A stretch of DNA of 6,075 nt from a virus: IMG/VR virus record IMGVR_UViG_3300020030_000065, positions 1 to 6,075 of that record. One strand, given 5' to 3'. Of the stretch, positions 1 to 5,599 are shown piece by piece. A program made the position numbers and the translations under genes. The notes under the pieces are model-generated. The model made no database searches and was not told where the DNA came from. It saw only the letters and a program-made list of their open reading frames with translations. The first letter of the stretch is position 1; each line of letters starts with the position of its first letter.

Positions 1-121
1 AATAGCCGATACAACTTATTAATATAAGATTTAATATCGACATCAGAAGAACTGTTACAGAGCCGAGTAAGGCACCGAGCATTATGTAATATAATTTCGT
101 CTTCATTGGTTAGGTGATGAT
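1..121. repeat. Direct terminal repeat, copy 1 (circular-genome overlap)
   Basis: aatagccgatacaacttatt...ttaggtgatgat is identical to 5955..6075. Confidence 0.97.
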
Positions 122-1325
122 TTAATGTAAGATACTGATAATAAGCACGAGTCACAGAAAGAATAGAATCGGAATCATAATCTATAATACCGAACCTTGC
201 CATTCTTTTCGGCGCGTCTGCAACAGCTCGAATAATTCTAGCAATCGCAACAGCATCGTCATAGCGAGCACTTGGGAATCGGGGCAATAAGGTACGGATA
301 TACGACATGGGGGGAGTTGATTTAACACTAATTCCATTGAAGTTATAGATTCGTCCATTAATGACAGAATCGATTTTTTGCTCGATCGCGTGATAAGGGT
401 CTTCATTCTGGTCGAAAACCTCACCCTTTTCAAAGAATCCAAGAGACGCTCTTTGCCTGGGTCTAAATGCGCGGCATGATCGATATAATAGGGGAGCAGA
501 ACTAAGGCTGTTAACGTAACTCGCAACGTACGAAGCAGCTCCACCGCGGGCAAGCTGGAAATCTGTACGACCGAGTTTCCAACTCTTATCGTGACACTGT
601 CGTAATACCTCTGAGACTTCTCTCGAGTTCGTGAATAATAAGATATGATAATGCGGGCGGAAATGGACTGGGGCATATTCACCCACAGCGTAGAAATGTA
701 GCGATTCATAAGTACCCAATTGTTGAAATAAATGTTTACGTAATCGTTTAATATAGTTCTGAACATCAACATAATTTAAGAATGGTATAAGGTTATTAAT
801 ACCATATTGTTCAGCAGCGGGATATACCGAATTGTCGACGGCCTGCGATTTATGGATAAAACTACGAATAGCATCCATACTAAGAAACCAATTGTCCTTA
901 GCAGGAACATATTTCTTAATTTCACGGTCATACGGCACCGTGCCTTGAACCTGCGTGAAGAATATATGACGCAATTGGGAAGAATCCTCAGGTTGATACT
1001 CAGAAACAGGGATATAAGAGTGGCATTCATAACCGAATACTTTATCTCCTGAAATGCTTAGAGTGTCTTCATAATCACTATGCAGAACCTCACAATTCAT
1101 CAGAGGGATATGTTCATTAGCATAAGTAAGCGTCACAAAATAAGAATACTTGAAAGCACTTCCAGCGGTCTTCACGCGCATGGACGCTTTTTTAGAACGC
1201 TTATGAATACAGTAATCACATTGACCGCAATCTACGGCAATACGTGCACCAGTGTAACGATTAGTTATGAAAGAACGATGCTGACAATGATCGACAGCTT
1301 TAAGCAAATCAGGAGTAAATTTCAT
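1..1325 (-). CDS. Microviridae replication initiation protein (VP4/Rep, HUH endonuclease), N-terminal ~441 codons; continues across the circular junction into 5954..5600 (559 aa in total)
   Basis: Manually translated: ATG at 1325-1323 (MKFTPDLLKAVDHCQH...), no in-frame stop down to position 3. N-terminal Cys cluster (HCQH...DCGQCDYC), HUH-type motif VHFRPHYHILLF (~639-668), and Y-x3-Y motif GGAASYVASYV (~513-548). Frame matches the 5600..5968 ORF once the 121-nt terminal redundancy is collapsed (1325+355=1680 nt=560 codons). Absent from the ORF track because it has no stop within the window. Confidence 0.95.
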   Translation of the reverse strand, partial: MKFTPDLLKAVDHCQHRSFITNRYTGARIAVDCGQCDYCIHKRSKKASMRVKTAGSAFKYSYFVTLTYANEHIPLMNCEVLHSDYEDTLSISGDKVFGYECHSYIPVSEYQPEDSSQLRHIFFTQVQGTVPYDREIKKYVPAKDNWFLSMDAIRSFIHKSQAVDNSVYPAAEQYGINNLIPFLNYVDVQNYIKRLRKHLFQQLGTYESLHFYAVGEYAPVHFRPHYHILLFTNSREVSEVLRQCHDKSWKLGRTDFQLARGGAASYVASYVNSLSSAPLLYRSCRAFRPRQRASLGFFEKGEVFDQNEDPYHAIEQKIDSVINGRIYNFNGISVKSTPPMSYIRTLLPRFPSARYDDAVAIARIIRAVADAPKRMARFGIIDYDSDSILSVTRAYYQYLTLNHHLTNEDEIILHNARCLTRLCNSSSDVDIKSYINKLYRL

Positions 1326-1327
1326 AA

Positions 1328-1636
1328 TTATTTACGTTTATCAATCACTTGGTAGCGATTACGCGGGCCAAATGAAATATGAATAAATGTAGGATAAATA
1401 ATAAGTTGATCAAAACGACACATATTATCAGCATAATTATGGATCATTTCAAGCAGCTTATTGAAACTAGTATTGCCATAAGGTTTAATGTCAATAGCCT
1501 CACCCGTCAAATGCTGAGAATTAGGAACACCATTACAAGCCTTATTCTGTTCCGGAGTACGTCTGGCACTCGTCACAGTGAAATGAACGTTAGAGAACAA
1601 CAGATACTCAAGAAAATGCATAAGAGAATAATTCAT
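1328..1636 (-). CDS. M15-type zinc peptidase (D,D-carboxypeptidase-like), putative cell-wall hydrolase
   Basis: 102 aa with SQHLTGEAIDI (HxxGxAxD zinc-ligand motif), FDQLI and HISFG (third ligand His); 'TSARRTPEQNKACNGVPNSQH' resembles the vTSGyRsp..N..vgG..nSqH pattern of the M15_3 type. Stop is 2 nt before the rep ATG; start overlaps the upstream small ORF (ATGA). Confidence 0.85.
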   Translation of the reverse strand: MNYSLMHFLEYLLFSNVHFTVTSARRTPEQNKACNGVPNSQHLTGEAIDIKPYGNTSFNKLLEMIHNYADNMCRFDQLIIYPTFIHISFGPRNRYQVIDKRK

Positions 1637-1716
1637 AATCCAATAGCATTAAGAATATAACCAAGAGCAGCGGAAACAGCACCAATTACAATTTTCCAAA
1701 TATTATTACTTTTCAT
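1633..1716 (-). CDS. 27-aa putative single-pass membrane peptide ('smalltalk'-like)
   Basis: MKSNNIWKIVIGAVSAALGYILNAIGL: short polar/basic N-terminus plus ~20-residue hydrophobic stretch. ATG at 1716-1714; stop TGA at 1635-1633 overlaps the peptidase ATG (1636-1634). The track lists a longer version (1633..1857) whose N-terminal extension overlaps the 64-aa ORF. Confidence 0.6.
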   Translation of the reverse strand: MKSNNIWKIVIGAVSAALGYILNAIGL

Positions 1717-1900
1717 CGGCTTGAGTTTTAAGTTCAACAAAATTATTTTCTTCTTTAATCGAATCCACAACAACAATAAGACCCAGCGGAGAAACTCGCT
1801 CAGAATAGTTTCCAAGACCGTCAAGAGAATTGACGATATAAGGCGGTATAACATCACGACCAGTGGTTTTTTCTTTTAAGGAAATAATAAATTTCTGCAT
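1706..1900 (-). CDS. 64-aa hypothetical protein, first gene after the intergenic region
   Basis: MQKFIISLKEKTTGRDVIPPYIVNSLDGLGNYSERVSPLGLIVVVDSIKEENNFVELKTQADEK: balanced soluble-protein composition, ATG start, co-oriented, overlaps the start of the 27-aa ORF by 11 nt. Confidence 0.6.
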   Translation of the reverse strand: MQKFIISLKEKTTGRDVIPPYIVNSLDGLGNYSERVSPLGLIVVVDSIKEENNFVELKTQADEK

Positions 1901-2050
1901 AATTGTAAGATTTTAATATTAATAAACTAATGAGTTTGGTTTCTACGGAGCAAAGGAAAGTATAATTTTTGAATAAACAAAATATTTCGGAGTTTTTTTT
2001 TATTCTACGGTTAGGGTGTGAGTTGTGCGTTTATAGACAAGGGGGGGCCG

Positions 2051-2073
2051 AATTTGAGATGATAACTCAAATT
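2051..2073. repeat. Perfect 8-bp inverted repeat (hairpin)
   Basis: AATTTGAG (2051-2058) / CTCAAATT (2066-2073) with 7-nt loop ATGATAA; flanked by a 7-G tract (2041-2047). Confidence 0.85.
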
Positions 2074-2126
2074 TCCTCCGGACACAACTAGGGGCTTCGC
2101 TTGAATAACATAGGGGGTATAGGCAC

Positions 2127-2148
2127 GGCAAGTCAAGTCTGTCTTGCC
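2127..2148. repeat. Inverted repeat (hairpin)
   Basis: GGCAAG (2127-2132) / CTTGCC (2143-2148), with an inner CA/TG pairing beyond one mismatch. Confidence 0.65.
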
Positions 2149-2165
2149 TTTGCGCACCTACGTGC

Positions 2166-2217
2166 TAAAATACCGGAGCGGAACGCTCCTCTAGGGAAGT
2201 CGCTCCGCTCCATTTTA
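2166..2217 (-). terminator. Candidate rho-independent-like terminator downstream of the pilot protein gene
   Basis: On the minus strand TAAAAT-GGAGCGGA...TCCGCTCC-ggt-ATTTTA. GGAGCGGA (2175-2182) is complementary to TCCGCTCC (2204-2211) and TAAAAT (2166-2171) to ATTTTA (2212-2217); a compact alternative stem GGAGCG-GAA-CGCTCC (2175-2189) lies just before the minus-strand ggtATTTTA. Confidence 0.4.
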
Positions 2218-2255
2218 TACCAGGCCCTACGCGGGCGGCGGGTGTATATCGCTCC

Positions 2256-2273
2256 AGAGCCGCGATGGGCTCT
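2256..2273. repeat. Inverted repeat (hairpin) just downstream of the pilot protein stop
   Basis: AGAGCC (2256-2261) / GGCTCT (2268-2273), 6-nt loop GCGATG. Confidence 0.65.
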
Positions 2274-2288
2274 TAGTCCTGAAGAATG

Positions 2289-3392
2289 CTAGTAACCAAT
2301 ACCATTAGCACCATTATAAATAGTAGTGTTACGAGGGCCGTAATCATTACGGAAAATCTGAGCACCAGGACGCATAGCTCCAATTATATTACCAGCGCCT
2401 TGAAAAATACGAGATGCGTAATCTATAGCATTACGAAGGCCGTAAGAATCAAAATCCTTCTTAGCGTTACCGGCAGACCATCTGTAATAGTCCCGGATAG
2501 CTTTATCCTTAGAATATTGCATATTCTTACGGTTGTTTACATTTTTGTAATCCCATAGAGAATCGTAATATTGCGTATAGTAACCCATATTCGTAGCAGA
2601 TATTAGAGCATCAGCAGTGTCAGAAGCAATTTCATTAGAAATACGCTGACCTTGTGTCTGAGCAGCAATCTGGAGTGCACGCTGAATCTCAGTTTGGACC
2701 TGTTTTTCGGTTAAAGCACCTTGTTGAACAAGATTGTAGAGATACTGAGCTTTTGTAAGAAGATCCGCTTGCTGTTGGGCGTCCATATACTTATTTAATA
2801 TAGCCTGAGCATCAGCCTGTAGGTAAATATGCGATGTCTGAGCCGCAGTCAACTTACCAGCAGCAACAGCATTCTCAAGTTCCTGACGTTCTCTAGACTG
2901 GTCCAATTCAGCAGAAATACGACCAGTATTAGAATCCCAATAACCAGACTCACCAACACCAATATTCTTGTAATTAGTGTCTCCTATAATTTTTTTAGCT
3001 AAGAGGGGGGTAAGAGTCTCAACCTGATTAGACTCAGTAATAGCCTTCCGAGCCTGAGCAAATGTTGCCAATGCAGAATCAATACCAGATAAATCTACAT
3101 GGACACCTTGCATAGCAGGAGTAGAGGGAATAGTAGCCTGAGGAGAAGAACCAGGAGAAGCAGAAGCACCCGCACCAGTCGAACTAACAAATGGATTCAA
3201 ACCGCGGACAATCTGAGCAGCAGGAGAATTGTACTGATTCTGATAATCAACCATATACTTTTGCCATTGCCGAGACAACTGGGCTTCATTCTGGGCAGCT
3301 ACACGGTTCTGTGTAGCGATTAATTCATTTGTCGCATTCGCATTGGACTGCGACATAGAATTAATCATGCTACCCAATATTGAACCAATCAT
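2289..3392 (-). CDS. DNA pilot protein / minor spike protein (VP2)
   Basis: 367 aa, N-terminal MIGSILGSMINSM, then QNxxxAxxNExxxxRQWQKYMVDYQNQYNSPAAQIVRGLNPFV (typical microvirus VP2 'N..eAq..R.w......yNsP..q..Rl...G.NP' pattern), long Ala/Gln-rich helical region. Start overlaps the upstream gene stop (ATGA). Confidence 0.92.
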   Translation of the reverse strand: MIGSILGSMINSMSQSNANATNELIATQNRVAAQNEAQLSRQWQKYMVDYQNQYNSPAAQIVRGLNPFVSSTGAGASASPGSSPQATIPSTPAMQGVHVDLSGIDSALATFAQARKAITESNQVETLTPLLAKKIIGDTNYKNIGVGESGYWDSNTGRISAELDQSRERQELENAVAAGKLTAAQTSHIYLQADAQAILNKYMDAQQQADLLTKAQYLYNLVQQGALTEKQVQTEIQRALQIAAQTQGQRISNEIASDTADALISATNMGYYTQYYDSLWDYKNVNNRKNMQYSKDKAIRDYYRWSAGNAKKDFDSYGLRNAIDYASRIFQGAGNIIGAMRPGAQIFRNDYGPRNTTIYNGANGIGY

Positions 3393-3832
3393 TGAGCACT
3401 AGAGGCAGATGCGGGATCCGTAGACGGCGCTGCCTTATTCTCTGCCAGCATAGACTCAGCAATAGCGGATAATTCTGACTTCTCGCTAGCCAATTGCCGT
3501 AAAACAGCTTGTCTTTCAGACATCGTCTGACAATGCCGAGAAATGACACAGTCAAACCGTTCCTCATCTGTCATACTATCCATAGTAGTAGACTGAGTAG
3601 GATGCATTTGAGCTAAGATATTATTCACATTCATATCTCCAAGAAGACGACGATACTTCTCCTGGTTAAGGAGAATAGAAGTCATATCCATATACATATA
3701 CGAGCCGTCGGACAATTCCTCCAGCATAACCGAATCATATACACTAGCTTCATAACAGGGATTTCCCTCAATCAATTCAGGAGTAACACTATCCTGTTCA
3801 AACTCAGGATTTACATAAGCAAAATTTCTCAT
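3389..3832 (-). CDS. Hypothetical protein between capsid and pilot genes; candidate internal scaffolding (VP3-like) protein
   Basis: ORF track gives 3389..3844, but that start codon is TTG; the first ATG is at 3832 (MRNFAYVNPEFEQDSV...). Acidic, helix-prone, co-oriented, ATGA overlap with VP2. Scaffold function inferred only from position and composition. Confidence 0.75.
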   Translation of the reverse strand: MRNFAYVNPEFEQDSVTPELIEGNPCYEASVYDSVMLEELSDGSYMYMDMTSILLNQEKYRRLLGDMNVNNILAQMHPTQSTTMDSMTDEERFDCVISRHCQTMSERQAVLRQLASEKSELSAIAESMLAENKAAPSTDPASASSAQ

Positions 3833-3844
3833 AACGACACACAA

Positions 3845-5584
3845 TTAATAAGGTAAACCATTTCTATCCAAGTTCTGTACAGCATACACTTGGAAGTTAA
3901 CATTACATAATAACTGGTCATAAGCCACATTATAATTACTAGTAGTAATCTGCGGCTCAAATATAGAATTCAGCTGTTGAGGACGAATCTTAAATGACTG
4001 ATAACTCAATGAAGACTGACCAGAAACCTGAACCTGAGAACCTTGAAGCGGAGCAGCCCAAGACTGATAAGCAGCAGCAGGACGAAATGCACCATGAACC
4101 GTGTCAACAGCAGATTTCCACTGCCAATAGCGAAGATTATAACCAATATTGCCAGTAGGAGAGGACGGACTATTATTAAGCGCCAGAGAAGGAACAGGCT
4201 GCATACCTAACTGGTCGAATGCAGGTTGGGGGAAGTCAGAAACAGACGTACATAGCAACTGAGGATTATGACCTTTAAGCGACCAGTCGAGCAGAGGAAC
4301 AGCATGATAAACACACATAATTACCTGATGCTCAGCACCACAATCATAATTAATAACATGACCAGACTTAGAGTCAACACCTTTACCAGCGATAACAGCT
4401 TGAGAGTTATCAGCAGTCAAGTTAGTATTCAAAACCTCATTAATATTGATAACATTAGACCAACCTCCAATATAGTGGGCATGGTTACCCATGTATTCAG
4501 GGGCTTTAATGCCAAACTGAGCAGCCATCTGGTCTGAATAATCCTTACTACTAAATTGTACTACTTCTTTCCAGCGCTGTAAGTATTCAGTTGCACGGAT
4601 TGAGAGAGCGGATAGGTCAGAGTTAACCTGTAAACCACGAATAGAAGTATAAGCGCTAGAAGTAACAACATTTGTAGTATTAGCAGGATTGTTAACAGCA
4701 GAATTAGTACCACCAATAACACCAGAAGAAGCAATCACGCGGGAAGAAGGCTCAGACGACATTTGAGAAGAAGGCAGAACAGCTACCGAGCCATACTGAG
4801 AAGCGGGAAGCACGCCGAGGAAATAATCCTTAGGATAGTTCGCATAGCGCAACTTAATCATATCGGCAGAAATCTCAACAGAACTCCCGCCGTCCCAATA
4901 ATCGACATTATAAGAATAAGCCAAATGTTTTTCCCACTGAGAATTGGAGAAGAAATCGAAGTAGATTTTCTGATAGGCAAAAATAGGAAGAAGGTTCAAA
5001 TTAATAGAAGTACCGTAAATAAGTGGATTCTGAGAATCCGACAACGAAGTGGTATCAAGACCAAGATACTGCATGGTAATATCTTTCTTTTTAGCATTTC
5101 CAGTACCAATAAATGAACCATAACCAAGCATATCCAATAGCTTACAAGAGCCGTAGGCGAAGCCAAAACCAGCGTCATCAACAGTATTAGCAGTTACACG
5201 AGCCTGGATTTCAGCAGATATATTACCAACCGGAGCATAGGGAACACTAGATAACTGTGATGTATTAGCAGAATTAGAAGCAGCAGAAGTCATATAGTCC
5301 GACATCTGGGTAAATGCCTGTGGGAGCGCACGAGAAATCAGTCGTAACGGCACAGCGTAGAAGTCATAATATTCCTTGATACGCGTATAAGCAGCCGTAT
5401 TCACGGGGACAGTACGGGTAAACCAGTCAGAAGAAATACGATACTTAGTACCAGGAATGGCAATCTGCCAATAGCACGGAAGAATTTCTCCGATTTTTGC
5501 CGTAAACAATTTTTTACTAGACAAATCAAAGGAAGAGCGATGTACGGCAACTCTCGCTCGGTCTAGTGGGTTAAAATCACTCAT
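3845..5584 (-). CDS. Major capsid protein (VP1, microvirus F protein family)
   Basis: 579 aa; hallmark N-terminus SSFDLSSKKLFTAKIGEILPCYWQ...SDWFTRTVPVNTAAYTRIKEYYDFYAVPLRLI and C-terminus NVNFQVYAVQNLDRNGLPY; largest ORF in the genome. Confidence 0.98.
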   Translation of the reverse strand: MSDFNPLDRARVAVHRSSFDLSSKKLFTAKIGEILPCYWQIAIPGTKYRISSDWFTRTVPVNTAAYTRIKEYYDFYAVPLRLISRALPQAFTQMSDYMTSAASNSANTSQLSSVPYAPVGNISAEIQARVTANTVDDAGFGFAYGSCKLLDMLGYGSFIGTGNAKKKDITMQYLGLDTTSLSDSQNPLIYGTSINLNLLPIFAYQKIYFDFFSNSQWEKHLAYSYNVDYWDGGSSVEISADMIKLRYANYPKDYFLGVLPASQYGSVAVLPSSQMSSEPSSRVIASSGVIGGTNSAVNNPANTTNVVTSSAYTSIRGLQVNSDLSALSIRATEYLQRWKEVVQFSSKDYSDQMAAQFGIKAPEYMGNHAHYIGGWSNVININEVLNTNLTADNSQAVIAGKGVDSKSGHVINYDCGAEHQVIMCVYHAVPLLDWSLKGHNPQLLCTSVSDFPQPAFDQLGMQPVPSLALNNSPSSPTGNIGYNLRYWQWKSAVDTVHGAFRPAAAYQSWAAPLQGSQVQVSGQSSLSYQSFKIRPQQLNSIFEPQITTSNYNVAYDQLLCNVNFQVYAVQNLDRNGLPY

Positions 5585-5599
5585 AATTAATAATTTAAA

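Larger units (their letters stand above)
1901..2288. promoter_or_regulatory. Main intergenic region (probable transcription start/stop control, possible origin function)
   Basis: Only long gap between co-oriented genes; contains several inverted repeats and a GC-rich segment (133/240 G+C, about 55%, over 2041-2280) followed in coding direction by a very AT-rich leader (1901-2000). Confidence 0.6.

Noticed and set aside
807-1355. Plus-strand ORFs 807..1052 and 1080..1355
   Set aside because: Antisense to rep, which has strong HUH, Tyr and Cys motifs; no independent coding evidence.
1379-1660. 93-aa plus-strand ORF
   Set aside because: Antisense to the M15-like peptidase, which has recognisable motifs.
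1633-1857. 74-aa version of the small membrane ORF
   Set aside because: The N-terminal 47 residues (MMLYRLISSILLTVLETIL...) run out of frame over the 64-aa ORF and look like frame-shifted translation; the internal ATG at 1716 gives a compact, plausible 27-aa peptide.
1940-1990. Bacteroidota-type promoter (-33 TTTG / -7 TAnnTTTG) upstream of the 64-aa gene
   Set aside because: The minus strand contains TTTTG...TATACTTTCCTTTG, but the -7-like element and spacing match the consensus poorly; 5'-end mapping would be needed.
2101-2292. 63-aa plus-strand ORF in the intergenic region
   Set aside because: TTG start, opposite orientation to all supported genes, spans several inverted repeats, and reaches the end of the pilot gene; likely a by-product of GC-rich noncoding sequence.
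2286-3323. Plus-strand ORFs 2286..2558 and 3099..3323
   Set aside because: Antisense to the pilot protein gene; biased composition and no domain.
4268-4537. 89-aa plus-strand ORF
   Set aside because: Antisense to the major capsid gene, no support.
4763-5116. 117-aa plus-strand ORF
   Set aside because: Fully antisense to the well-supported major capsid gene; Arg/Ile-rich composition typical of antisense translation, with no recognisable domain.
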